A DNA stretch of 64,000 nucleotides from the human T2T-CHM13v2.0 reference genome, Homo sapiens: the NCBI RefSeq assembly GCF_009914755.1, contig NC_060927.1; one strand, written 5' to 3'. Position 1 is the stretch's first letter. Each line of letters begins with the position of its first letter. Below, one piece after another: positions 28,095-41,365 of the stretch. A program made the translations under genes and the position numbers. The notes beneath the pieces were generated by a model that was not told the DNA's origin, ran no database searches, and saw only the letters and a list, made by a program, of their open reading frames with translations.

Positions 28095-28931
28095 TGTTGG
28101 AGTGCTGGGAAGGGAAGAGCATGGTCCCTTTAAATAATATGGAAGGCTGGAAGGGAAGTGCTGGGGAGAGGAGGACGTGGTCCCTGGTTAGGGCTCCAAC
28201 CCCATGGGCCTAGGTGAAGACAGGCACTTCTGCCTTCCAACCCAAATGTTGCATTTTCCCAGAGCACCCTGACCCGCCAAGCCCCCCTCCTGTGCCTATA
28301 AAAACCTGAGACCCTAGCAAGGCAGACAGAAGCTGCTGGACTGTGAGAGGGACACATTGGCGGAAGAAGACAAGCGGCTGGACATTGAGAGGATGTTGAG
28401 GGGAGCACATAGACAGAAGAGCACACTGACCAACCAACACAGGCACTCTGCCAGGCCATCAAGGTGCTGGAAGAGGCAGAGTTTGGCCAGGAGAGCTGGG
28501 GCTGCCGAGTGGCCCAACTCCAGGTGAAGATCCCCTCCCTTCTGGCTCCCCATCAGGCTGAGAGCTACTTCCACTCAATAAAACTTTGCACTCATTCTCC
28601 AAGCCTATGTGTGATCCAATTCTTCTGGTAAACCAAGGCAAGAAACTCCGGGATACAGAATCCCTCTGTCCTTGTGATAAGGAAGGGGTTCTAATTGAGC
28701 TGGTTAACACAAGCTGCCTATAGATGGCCAACTAAAAGAGCACCCTGTAACACACGCCCACTGGGGCTTCAGCTGCAAACATTCACTCCTAGACACTGCT
28801 GTGGGGTGGAAGCCCCATGACCTGCCCGTATGTATGCTTCCCTAGAGGTTTGAGCAGCCTGGCACTGAAGAAGCAAGCCACTCCCCCATCGCACGCCCTG
28901 CCAGGGGGACAAGGGAACCTTTCCCATTTCA
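28095..28931 (+). mobile_element. LTR1-family (HUERS-P2, ERV1) solo LTR
   Basis: GC-rich 837-bp block, TG...CA; gtgctgggaagggaag..tggtccct repeats; cccaaatgttgcatttt; TATA cctataaaaa near 28295; aataaa near 28577. Confidence 0.88.
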
Positions 28932-31900
28932 CTGTCACCAGACTGTGATATTTTTTGCTGTGAAAATTCCCAAGACAAATTTGTTTCTGTGGCACATTTA
29001 CCATTGTAACATGGAGCTATAGATATGATGGCTTCAGACATATCAGCCTTAGCACTTTATTATTTTTTTCAAGTCTTAGGCTGCTGTGAAATTTTTAGAA
29101 GTTTCTGTTTCCCTGGATTATTTTTAAAAACATCAAATCATTCCTTTAATAGAGTATATTATTATTCAGATCTTTTCTGAAGGAAAGTTTCATCTGATTT
29201 CTAAATTTAACGGTATGCCCTTATCTCAAAATTTCAGTCACCATCCACTTACCATGTACTTTTTTCGTTATTGAAGCATTCCAGATGCTTCCTTTTTGAA
29301 AAAGAAAAAAGGACTAAATTTAACGGTATGTACAGAGACTATTGTGTGTGTGTCTTGGGAGGAGTATAAATATGAGCTCCCATTAAAGTAAGATCTTCTA
29401 AATTGAGAATTGTAAGTTGTTTTTATGCTTCCGTTCGTGTGGCTCTGTGCTGTGTCTGAGGAACATAGGAATGAAGAAGACATTGTGTTGGCTCACAGGA
29501 CGTCTATAGTCACCTGAGGAAAGATACAAATAACCAAGTATGAGTTAACTAGTGGTTTCCAACAAGGAACGACTGTACCCCCAGGAGACATTTGCCAGTC
29601 GAGATGGGGATTTACAGCAGGAAGTTAGATATATAAATATAAAGATTAGCAGAGCACTGGGCTAAAGATATATATATATATGGTAGTAATAACACAATAG
29701 TTCTTGAAATCAAAAGACTGATAAAATTATCCAGCAAGAGTGTGTGGGTGATGAGGACACTAGATGAGGGACACCTGCAATCAAAAGGATGGACACAAAG
29801 GAATACCAAAGATAACTGAATAAAATAATAATAATATTGAACATTTTGTAGAACCCATACTATTTTTAAAAAGTTCTCCTAAGCACTTATATGAATGCTC
29901 ATAATTAGCCTGTTATTGTCAGCGTTTTTGTATAATGATTGAAGCAGGAATCAACAGTATCAAATGCAACAGAGACATCATTACAATGAGTACTAAAAGT
30001 GTCCATAGATCTGGCAATTAGGAGGTCATTGGAAGCCAGAGCCCAGTGGGTAGAAAAGTAAAATGTTGATGGGCAAGTAGAGAAGTTTAAGCCAAAAAAG
30101 TTTGGATTAAAAGGAAAGGAAAAGAAAATAAATGACCATGTTATAATGGGAACAAACTAAAAAGAGGTCATGTTTTTCATGGTGGAAGACATGGAAGAAT
30201 GTAAGAGGAGCAGCCATCGTTTATACACCTCGAGGAAACCGAAGAAGATGCCTTATCAACTCTGAGAGGACTGGGAAGTTTGACAAACCAGGACAGGCAA
30301 AGAGACATAAGAGGTCATGCTTGGGCCTCAACTGAAATTGGACACTACTTGCTCTGTCCGTCAGTCCAACAACTCCTTTTTGAAATCTCTCTCCTGATAA
30401 GTTGGACTTATCTGAACTATGCTTTCAGGAGGACTTTTGCCTGTCTCATCTTCCTCACTTATCAGGACAACATTCTACAAAACCAAATCACAGAAACAGT
30501 AATACTATTATCTGCCTCCTTTACTCCTAAAACCCAGGGAATTCAATGACCAGTGAAAAACTGCACACTGTGGGACACACACAGGCTATCCTGAGACATG
30601 AGGGTTCCCCAAATGAGTGTTACAGAATTTGCTAATTCTTTGTGGTTGTTTTAGCAGAGCATGTAAATGCATATTGAACACTTTTTTCCATTAATGCAAT
30701 GCTTATATGGAAGAATATTTTTCCTTCGCTGAACATTTTCCTACTTCTGTATCTTAGTCTGATAAAAATATGTTTTCCATATTATTTCTAGTCTCTATCA
30801 TTTATTCAACTACAAATACTGAATATCTACTATATACTAGGTGCTGGTTTGTCAGATGCACACACGCTGTGACACTAGAAGAGCTCACAGTCTATAGGTA
30901 AAACAGATAGATTAATAGCTATTTAAAATGGAAAAGTATAAGTGATTTAATAGATATAGTAAATGATTGTGTAAGCTAATGCAGTAAGTAACTATACCCT
31001 CCCTCCCCCATAAAATAAGTTTTCTTCTCAAATACTGACTCACTTTCATTTTTTCAAATGGATTGTCAAGAATAGAAACACCCCATTCTCTTTGCTTGAT
31101 GAATTTTTTTTCCTGTTTCTTTCTCTCTTTTCTCTTTGGTTCTCACCCTGCCAATTCTCTGCAGGTGCTCCTTTTATATTCTGAAATCCCAGTTAAGGGA
31201 CTTTCTCACTGATTATAATGACATAGGTCTGTTTTCACAGCTGTAATTTTAAAGTTTCTTAATAATGCAATGTTTTAAACATTATTCTGAAATGCTAGAA
31301 GGTTTCAGGGTGCTCAAAAAGTAAACAGGCTCGTATAAAAAGAAGGGAACAGTTATAATAAAAAATTCAACAATTTGTATCAGATCATTGGCACTTCATT
31401 GAAAATCTCAAGCTCTTGAGACAACAAAATTTTCCCCCAAGGGGAACTAATTCACTAGACATGTGTATACATTAGAACCAGATGAAGGTGATGCAGTGAA
31501 ATTGGAAAGACAATTCCTGGGCTTATTAGAAGCTGGAGACCAAGTATTTGTATGTCTACTGACTTCTTTGGCCTTGGCAAGAATCGTTTTCCCAGGAGAG
31601 CAGATTTGGGGAATTTGCATTTATGTTCATGATCACCTTTGACATCTGAAACTCTGAGGACTTGACACCGAGTATTACTATTATTATAAACAGAGCTCCC
31701 AAGCTGTTAAGCTCAAACTGCTACTTTGGTGTTAACAAGAATGGGTGCCACATGGTGTGCATATGCTGTTTGTGAAAGTAAATGATGCTTTAAGAGTGTT
31801 TTACTCTCAAAAGGAAGTCTACTAGGCAGATAGCTTGTATTGAAACTCTGTATATGTTCTCATTTGACCATCATAAACAATGTTTAAAGAGCCAAGGTTG

Positions 31901-34835
31901 TTACTTGAGAATAAATCAGGGAGCTCTGGAACATTTGGGTGGATATATTCACTACAAAGCATTAGAGACATTTCCCCCTATGTTTATCCTTTTAAAAATG
32001 TATGTATTTCACTTCAGGTCTCGATAGATCTTTCAGATTGTATCTTAATAGAGCTTCCTCAGCACAGAAGTGATTTATTTCTTTCAATGGAGGATTTACT
32101 TGAATCTACTATTTAGGAATTTAGCATAACTGGGTATAGAATTCCTTTACCTTGGATAGACTAAAAAACTCCCAAGACTGATTTAAAACAATTTAAATGT
32201 TGAATAATGCTATTTCCCTATGCGTTTGCTTTGTGAGTTAAACTGATGAAGATTTAATCTTCTTTTTCACAGTTTCTTTTGTCTATAAAACTAAAGATCC
32301 ATTTTTATAAAAGATTTTTCTTTACTTTGTTTTAGAAAGAGATTTGATATCTGAATGGTAGTGGTAATGAAATTCTCTGTGGGTTAGGCTTTGAGGAAGA
32401 AATACTAACGTGAAATTAATGAAATATTAACAAATAAATTGAGTTCATAATGGTAACCATTTCCCTATGTTATATGTGATAACATATAACTTATGTATAC
32501 GTAGTTTTGAGCTTTGCATCTGATCACTCTTAGCCAACAAATCTTTTCTAAAAATAAGGCAACTGGGGAAACCTATAATAAATAACTTAGCAAAATGAGG
32601 CGATGAACTTTTCAGCTACCATAAGCCTTTTCTCCCCCTTTAAGTAATGTATTTTATCAGGACTGAAATTCTAATGTATGATAACCTGAAATTTGAGTTT
32701 AAAAATGAACACAACTGAAATATAATAAGGCATTTTTCATCTCTTTTAATATTTTATATATTCTCATTCTTCATGAGAAATGGCTGCAGCACGCAAGCTG
32801 CCAGGTTAATCTTGCTTAAATTTGGCAATCAACAAGTAACTTTGTGCACAAACTGTTGGAGTACCATGCAAGGCAAGCAAAGGAGTTTAGATTTGATGCA
32901 ATAATAGAGGGAGAGCTATCGACAGAGCAAGAGAATAATAAGATGCAAATGCCTTTTAAGGACAATTAGTCTGGAAACCAAGAAAAAAATGGGCTTGGCG
33001 GAATGAAAACATACAGACAAAGAGACAGCATTTGTATCATGTGAAGAATCTGGCATCAACTCAGAAGCCTTCTTTTTCACCTGGCGTGATTCAAAGTAAA
33101 TTACAGTGAAGAAAAGGCCATTAGGCTCACAATAAGGAGACTTGGTAACTTGAAGAATGTATTTTTAAAAGTATGGAAATAGCTGTCAACATGAGGGGAC
33201 TTTGAAAAGGAAGTTACTGGGGATATAAATAGATGTAATGGGTATAAGGAATGAAGCCTGAGGCAGGAAACAGAAAAATAATTTTTAAAAAGTTGCCAGA
33301 GGAAGAAGCAACATTATTTCCAGTTTTTAGAAAAGACATGAGCAATTCACTACAAGAGTTATACACAATGAAGATGAGTATGTTTCAATAATTAAATTAG
33401 TGACTTTGGGGAAAAATTCAAATTGCTGAGTAGAGATCCTAAAAAGTCCATTCCCTAACCAGTTAACTTCTAAGCCTAGATAATTCACTATTAAATATTT
33501 AGGCATATCTTATATTTTGGGATTCAGCAAATGGTTCGATTTCCTATGATAAATTTTGTAAATGTGTTTACTTTCCCAAGTGACAGATATTTCACAAGGG
33601 CCATAAGAGAGGTAAATGGGGAGATTCTTTGGTTTCCCTTTTTAAAGGCAGGAAGCAGCCAGTTCTTGGTTTGCATAAAGAAACTGGAAGAAAAGCACAG
33701 AGATAAAATAGAAATGTTCACTAATATTTTCATGAGTCAAGTTTTATAGCCACAGCTGTCTCCAGCAGGAATGGAATTTACAGTGTCAATGGGTATTAGA
33801 AAGAGATGGGCTGGAGGAAGAAGATTGGAAGGATGGGCACTTAGCATGTATGCAGAAGTGAACTAATCTGCCTACATAGCAGGAGCTGAATTTTATACCA
33901 AAACTTTCTCTGCAATTATAAAAGGCTTTAGATGTTTAGTTTCAAAGACATGCAGGTTGACCAGCAGTTTAAAGAGTTGTGAGCTACTGGATAATGATCT
34001 CAATCCAACTACTTTCCTTTGCCCAAATAGAATTCTTCAACCATCAGCAGTAATTAGTTGGCTTTTAGCTTTTGGGCACCAGACAATGGATCGTGATCCA
34101 TAGTGGCTATCATGTGGGAGATGAGGCTGCAGGTGAAAGGTGAAAGGAACTTTTCACTTCCCAAGCTTCCAAAAAGCAAGTGTCTTCTCCTATTTTTAGC
34201 CTGCTATATTAATACTATATGTGTGTGTTTATATGTGTAGGTGTATGTTCTAAGTCACATTTCTCTTGGTTACTTGCTCCTTTTTACTGAAGATCATTTA
34301 CATTTGGATCTATCATATGCCAATTCTAGTTAATTATGTTTATGAAAGATCCTGGTCTTAGTTAATGAAAGATTAAGAACAGTGTCTATTTTTTCCTTTT
34401 ATTATGGATCTTTACTCTTACTGAAATTTTCTGTTTTAAAAGTCAAAATAAAATTTAGCTTATAAACAGTTTAGAAAGTTTATTTTTCTAGTCTTTTCTA
34501 GTTATGGAAAATGTAATATTTGAAAGACAAGTATCTATAACAAATCAAATTGATGTTTAAACACAAAAGATACATTTGCCAAATTGCTTCTCCTCCCTGA
34601 TGCTACTTTAGGGACATATAAAACAAGAAATGGAAATTAATTTTTATCATGTGCATGTCGGTTTCCCTTTCTCTGAAATTCACTGATTTCTTTCAAATTT
34701 GAACACTCCAGCTTTTATCTCTTCTGGTCTTCAGTGCTAGACTCCCCCAGCTTTTCTCCAGTTCTATTGTTGTGACAGTATCACAATTTACTTTCTTCAT
34801 TTTGAGGATTTGTTTGTGTTGTTATTCCTATTTTT

Positions 34836-35309
34836 TGTGAAAGGAAAATAAATCTTGGGGCCCCAAAATCACTAAGCTAAAGGGAAAGTCAAGCTGGGAA
34901 CTGCTTAGGGTAAACCTGCCTCCTGATCTATTCAGAGTCACACCTCTGCTAACTGAGATAAATGCATAGCTAATTGCCTCTTTGGAGAGGCTAATCAGAA
35001 ACTCAAAAGAATGCAACTATTTGTCTCTTACCTATGTATGACCTGGAAGCCCCCTCCCCACTTTTAGTTGTTCCACCTTGGCTTGGAGTTGTCCTGCCTT
35101 TCTGGACTGAACTAATGTTCATCTTACATATGATGATTAATGTCTCATGTCTCCCTAAAATGTATAAAACCAAACTGTGCTCTGACCACCGTGGGCATAT
35201 GTCAGTCATCAGGATCTCCTGATGCTGAGTCACGGGCACACATCCTCAACCTTGGCAAAATAAAGTTTCTAAATTAACTGAGACCTGTCTCAGATCCTCA
35301 GGGTTCACA
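34836..35309 (+). mobile_element. MER4A1-like ERV1 solo LTR
   Basis: tgtgaaaggaaaataaatcttgggg..aaaatcactaagctaaagggaaagtcaagctgggaactgcttaggg...gagacctgtctcaga..gggttcaca. Confidence 0.92.
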
Positions 35310-37160
35310 CTGCCCTGTACTTTATGGGAAGCAAGCCAGCAAGTCCCCTTAGTAGTTGATCGTAACCTTGGCCTGCAATATCATGATCAGCAAATGATGC
35401 ATCATTAGGTGTCTTCGACTGAGAGAGGAGCAATTACCCCATGACAGCAGGATCAGAGAAATCAGACTGATCAGGATAAAGAACATAACAAACAGTTGGG
35501 AGAACATGAAAGAATATATACATACACAGCATAAAAAATGTAAGTGCAGTTAAAATATCATTACACTAAGAATCTAAAGAATTACTGGGTTTCAGCTCTG
35601 CCATTTCTGCTTACCAATTCAGTGACCATGAGCAAATGACAACTTCACTGAGCTACATTTTCCATTTTGAAACATGTAGACCCTAAAGTCTGCCAGGATT
35701 ATGGTAAAGAAAGCATGAGTCCTTATGCAAAGCATGTGTTGAATACTATTCACTCTTAAAACCATATTATGCTGGAACTGTGAAAGAGAACTAAAGCTGG
35801 CTGAAGGAGGGCCATAGGGAATCTGATTTTGTTTCCTTCCTCCCTGTATAGTTCAGGCTTTGCAAAGTAGTTTGGTTTAAAATCTAGGTGCTATTTTCTA
35901 GACAGAGTAACAATTTCTGTTTACTGCTTTTATTGGCCAGGCCTTGCCTCCCAATCCAGACACCCAGTTCTCATTCGCTCTTTAAATAACAGATTATTTC
36001 AGGAAACAAAGTTATTTTTCTCTACCTTGGAGGTGGTCATGGTGGTGTTCTTGCCCTTGCTCATCTTCTAAGTTAAATACAGTTACCCAGCCCAACACAT
36101 CCTCCTGATGACCTCATGCTGAACCTACTTTTGAGCATTGTTCTCTGGGCTAGCAATCATCTCCAGCCTTCTCAAAGTGTCAAGGCAGCGAAACTTGGGG
36201 TTCAAGAAGGTTCTCAAGTTATTGAAAGAATGTTCTTCACATGTAATGGGTTGGTTCTGAAGGTGGCATAGTAGGTTTTGCCCCATTTTTCTTTCATGTA
36301 TGCCATATTTCTGCAGCTAAAGGTGAGAGTATTGAAAAACATTAACATAAAACTGAGAGCTTTGATTTTTATCTTCATGTTTAAACATCTAAGGGATAAC
36401 AGTAAAGTAAGTATGGATTACTATAGAAGACTCTTGTACATTTCAGTTGCCATTTCTGCACAATAATTTATACCAACTCTTAAACTACAAAACTTGTTTG
36501 TTCCTTTATTAATTTATCAGCTAGCAAAATATGTACTTGCTGTGACACTAGTTAAATTATTCACAGAGGCACATGTTCTATTAGGCCCTTTTTTTCTGGG
36601 GCCCATTCTGGTGATTTTAAGAAGCCAAGATAGGTGGCTTGAAGATTTTGACTTTTGCATAAACATTGTAAGAGCTCATTCATTCTCAGTGCTGTTCCTG
36701 AAACTTCATCATTTCTCCCTTTGTGAATATTATTTGATATCTGATCGTCTTTGAAAAAACAGTTTTCTTTGGGCCCCTTAGCTCACCAGTGTCCTCTGAA
36801 ACAACCTGGTTTCCTTGGCATCTCCCCCTCACCCTAATTTCTCTCTACTTGTTGCCTCGTATCCAGCAACCTCCAACTTATTGATTTGGCTTGATTTAAT
36901 TGGGAGCGCCCCATACCCAGGACAGGTTTTCCCAGTGGCAGCTGGGAGTATGAATCTAATAGGCCTGGTTTGGTTCTGTGACCCTCTGTCGCCCCTTTCT
37001 GGCCATAGCCTGTCACTGAAGTTTACCCTCTGGACTTGATAATACAGACAGCAGCCGTAGTACAGAACAGTTTGCAAACTATCAGCCTGTGTGCCAAATC
37101 AGCCCAAAGAATGCTTTGTTTGGTTCGTATAAATTATGCCAACATTTAAAAATTAGCAGA

Positions 37161-37578
37161 CATATTAGTCCATTTTATGTTGCTGTAAAGGAATACCTGA
37201 GGCTGGGTAATTTATAAAGAAGAGGTTTATTTTGGCTCACAGCTCTGCAGGCGATACAAGAAGCGTGGTGCCAGCGTGTGTTTCTGGTGAAAGCCTCAGG
37301 AAGCTTACAATCACTGCAGAAGGCCAAAGGGAGCAAGCATATCACATGGTGAGAGAAGGAGCAAGAGAGAGAAGGGAGGGATCCCAGATTCTTTTAAACA
37401 ACCAGCTCTCACATGAACTGCCAGAGCAAGAACTCACTCATTACCAACGAGATGCCACCAAGCCATTCATAATGGATCTACCCTCATGACCCAGACACCA
37501 CCCACTAGGCCCATATCCAACATTGGAGGTCACATTGCAACATGAGAATTGGAGGGTATACACATCCAAATTATATCT
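37161..37578 (-). mobile_element. MSTA/MSTB MaLR solo LTR
   Basis: attagtccatttt..gttgctgtaaaggaatacctgaggctgggtaatttataaag...cctcaggaagcttacaatc...acacatccaaattatatc. Confidence 0.92.
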
Positions 37579-37589
37579 AGAGATTTCAG

Positions 37590-37873
37590 GGCCAGGTGTG
37601 GTGGCTCACGCCTGTAATCCTAGCCCTTTGAGAGGCTGAGACAGGAGGATTACTTGAGGCCAGGAGTTCAAGTCCAGCCTGGGCAACATAGCAAGAACTT
37701 ATCTTCACTTAAAAAAAAAGTCAGATGTGGTGGTGCTTCTGTAGTCCCACCTATTCAGGAGGCTGAGGTGGGGGAACTGCTTGAGCTCTGGAGATGAGGC
37801 TGCAGTGAGCCATGATTGTGCCACTGCACTCCAGGCTGGGCAACAGAGCAAGGTCCTGTTTTTTTAAAAAAAA
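37590..37873 (+). mobile_element. AluJ (Jo-like)
   Basis: ggaggattacttgaggccaggagttcaag..cagcctgggcaacatagcaag; gaggctgcagtgagccatgatt; TSD-like agagattt. Confidence 0.95.
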
Positions 37874-40574
37874 GAGATTTTATATAAAATTTACAGCTTC
37901 TCTTAACATAGCAGAAGATCTGACAATCTTAGGCCAGCTTTCTTCTTGTGGACAATCTTACTCTTGCCCACCACTCATGGTGTAGACTGGTCATTTGCAT
38001 CTAGTGCCTGCTTCACTCATTTCTGTTGACTGCCTTGTCCCAACAGGCATTTGGACTCCCAGGTCAAGTACAAAAGTTTATTCAAATAGATGTGGTTTAT
38101 TTGTGTGTCTTGGGGAGGAAGAATGATATCTAATTTCTTTTATGAATATGCTCACAAAAAGGAATTAGAAATCAGATTGAGATTCTTTAGTACATGAAGG
38201 TGAAAATTGGGTATGTTTTCTTCCCATTTACAATATATTTGTACCAAGATTCACTTTTTATCAAAGAGAAACTTTTCTGCAGTTTAAATTGTAGGATGAT
38301 GGAGTTCTGAATATCTTAGGTAACATTATTATATGGATGAATATATTTGCATTCTATCAGGTTGAATATAGAAAAATCATTATATACAGATGTTAAAGAA
38401 ACTATACAAAGTACTAATGTATAAGGAGTGTGTGTGTGTGTAACCGTCTAATGATTCATGTTTTTTCTCTTTTTTATTATACTTAAGTGGAGTTTCCAGG
38501 GCAAACACAGGTATACAGTCATAATGATAAATTATGTAGTTTAATTCAGCTTCACCAATGATAACTCAGATGCCATTTTCAAATGCATTGTGAGAACGGT
38601 TTTTTCACGTTTGCTTCTAATTCCAGCAAAAACACCTAATTATAGAACAACAGTAGCAAAAAATAAATTTTGCTCAGGGAAAAAGGTTTTATGAGTAATC
38701 AGTGCAAAGCAGAAATCTCTTGCTGCGAATAATGTGGGCCAGCTAAGGTTTCTGTGAGGTTTTTTGCTTTGGCGTGGTTTGGCTTTGTACTGCCTGGGTG
38801 ACCTCTTCTTCTCATCCATCACTTCATCAGAAAATCAAAAGACAGCAAGCTCCTAGCCAGACTCTTGTTCAAGATAAACTCTATGACCTCCTAACAGGTT
38901 ACTAGATCTTTTATGGGAGTTCAGCTGACCACATGACTTCTTATATTTGAGAACTTATTCATGAGCCAGCAAAGCTCTGGCTAATGTCACAGAACTTGAC
39001 AGCACTAGTGCTGTTCATGGCTTCATCTTTAGACATAGCTATTCTATCCTGTTCCCTTTCAGAAACTCAAATGAAGGGCCGCGTCTTATAATCAAACATT
39101 TCAGATAAAACAGCTTATTTTTCCCTGAGAGCATATGTGTCTTCTATTAATCCTAATCAACTAGGGACAGACTGAAAAGAACACTCTAATAAGGTAATAG
39201 TACTGAGTATTTTGCTGTGACATCCCACAAAAATGAGTTTTCTGTGGGATTTGGGGAGGAGGTAAAAAAATGACCAAGAAAAAAAAGACCTTCAAGAATT
39301 AAATGGCTTAGAGATAAAGCATATAAAATAGGAATGCTTTTATTGCTTTTGTATTTTCTGAGGACAATTCTGCCAGTGAATCCACAAAATTGTATAAATA
39401 CAAATATATCACATTTGCCTGCTGTGATTAAATTTCTCTGATTACACAACTATACTTGATACACGGGACCAATGCATCATTTTTTTTTTCCTTTTGTAAT
39501 CATTGTTATATCCACGCTTATAATCAACATTCATCACAGCTAATTAGAGTTTCTTTGTCTGTTGTTTCTGAGATCTGACATTCCTAGAGTTCAACTACAA
39601 AATTCATTTTTAACCATCTCTCTGCTTGGGGAGTTGGAGGAAGACAAATGCAAATTCCAGGGCTGTATTATTCACGAATGGCTTTCTGAAATTTTCATGT
39701 ACTATGATTTTTTTAATTGAATTTAAATGATTACTCTTGGAGCCGGAGACCAAGTCCTGCTTAAAATTTTGCAGGACACTCCTATGATTTGTAGGTACAT
39801 TCCTATTGGTAAAAGAAGCTGGCAGTCTTTCTTGTTAAAGATTTTGTAGATTTATATAGATATCAAAGGATATATATTTTTGTTGCATTAGATTGACATT
39901 AATTTCTAAAAATAAAATGCTACAGATTTACATCACTTACCAGTTCAAAGCTTTTGTTCACTCTCAAATGCTGTTTTCTTCTAGCAAATGTTTTTAATTA
40001 TGCACACTTTAAATGTGAAATTACAGTAATAAGAAAGCTAGTTAAACTTTAGCTAGTCTATTACAAACAAATTTAATCTACTTTCTAGATGTTAATTTGA
40101 GACCAGAGTTTTCCAACTCACAGCTCTGTTGTCTCACCTGGAAATTCCATCTCCTTTATTAAAACAACTGTAACCTTTAAAGCTTTGATAGAAGAATAAA
40201 CCTAACTGAAAATGAGTCACTATGGTATACATCCTACCTTCTTTATTTTGTGTTGTTCTACTTTGTTTTCACAATTTTCTTTAATTTGCATTTTTGTTGC
40301 TGCTGTTTATGTCCATACTGTGGACTGAGTCATTCCCAAATAAACAAACCAATATTACTGAGTAACCATTTCAGTTCCTGCTCTTGATAAGTTCACAGTA
40401 CTCTGAAGGATGTAGGTATGTGAACACATAATTAAAATAAAACTGGAAAAGGTCTATTAGAAAAGACATAAAGCAATGGTAAGTTTGAAGAGAAAATGAA
40501 AAATCAGAGAGTAGTGGTGGGGGGCTTTATAGAAGAGGTGATATTTATTCTGAGACTTGGAGACATTAATGGTA

Positions 40575-41365
40575 GTTAAAGGTTATGAGGTGGCATTCTG
40601 TGTCAGGCAAGGTTCTAAGCAATTAAACTGTAGTAATTATTTTAAACCTCAAGAAAATCCTATGAAGTGCTATATATTACGCCCATTTTATAGATGAGGA
40701 AATGGAGGCATAGAAAAGTTAGGTAACTTGACCAAGCTCTCTGTGCCATATTTTATTTTCCAAAAATGGCTGTAACAATCTCTCTCTCTATTTAAATTCT
40801 TCTCAAACCTTGCCATTACCACAGTAAAAGGGGAGGTCTAGGTCTTCTGCTTGAATTGTATTGGTTTGGGACTGGCATGAAACCTACAGAATGTGTCAGA
40901 AATGACAAGAAGTCACTTCAATGGCTAGATCAGGAAAGAAGATACAACATCCACCTTAATCACTGGAATACTGCTGGAGCCCCAAGCTGCTATGCTTGGA
41001 GCAAGCCCAAAGTAGCCTAAATGAGAAGCCACCAGGGGAAGCTAGAGATTGAGAGAGAGAGAGAGAGAGAGCGAGAAAGAGTAAGTGAGTGAGTCTGGGT
41101 AGCCCTCAAAAGCTCTAATTCCTCACTGCCCTTCCAGCTCCAGCCACTGATTACAACTGCATGAGAGTTCTGGAGCCAGTAAGTACTGCCTAGCCCAGCC
41201 TGTCCCAATGTCCTGACCCACAGAAACAGTAAGATAACAAAATAATCATTGTTTTCAGTCACCACATATTGGGGTGATTTGTTGCAGAGCAATATCAACA
41301 GAAACAGTTACACAGTTAATAAGTGGGAAAGCCAAAATTTGAACCCACTCTGACTCCAGAGCTCC
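40575..41365 (-). mobile_element. MIR split by MLT1G insertion
   Basis: cccattttatagatgaggaaatggaggca..aggtaacttgaccaag | LTR | gttacacagttaataagtgg..gccaaaatttgaaccc. Confidence 0.75.
40742..41306 (+). mobile_element. MLT1G-like MaLR solo LTR with internal (GA)n
   Basis: tgtgcc..tattttccaaaaatggctgtaacaat...actgcatgagag..tcctgacccacagaaac..ggggtgatttgttgcagagcaata..aaca. Confidence 0.8.

Larger units (their letters stand above)
37068..38062. mobile_element. MER102-like hAT-Charlie DNA transposon, split by MST LTR and AluJ
   Basis: Left part gcaaact..gccaaatcagccc..tttgtttgg..tgccaacatttaaaaatt; right part gcttctctt..gaagatctgacaa..cccaccactc..gcttcactcattt..caggcattt. Confidence 0.7.

Noticed and set aside
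38999-39014. 16-bp palindrome acagcactagtgctgt (similar short hairpins at 6238-6255 and 34087-34102)
   Set aside because: About one is expected by chance in 64 kb.
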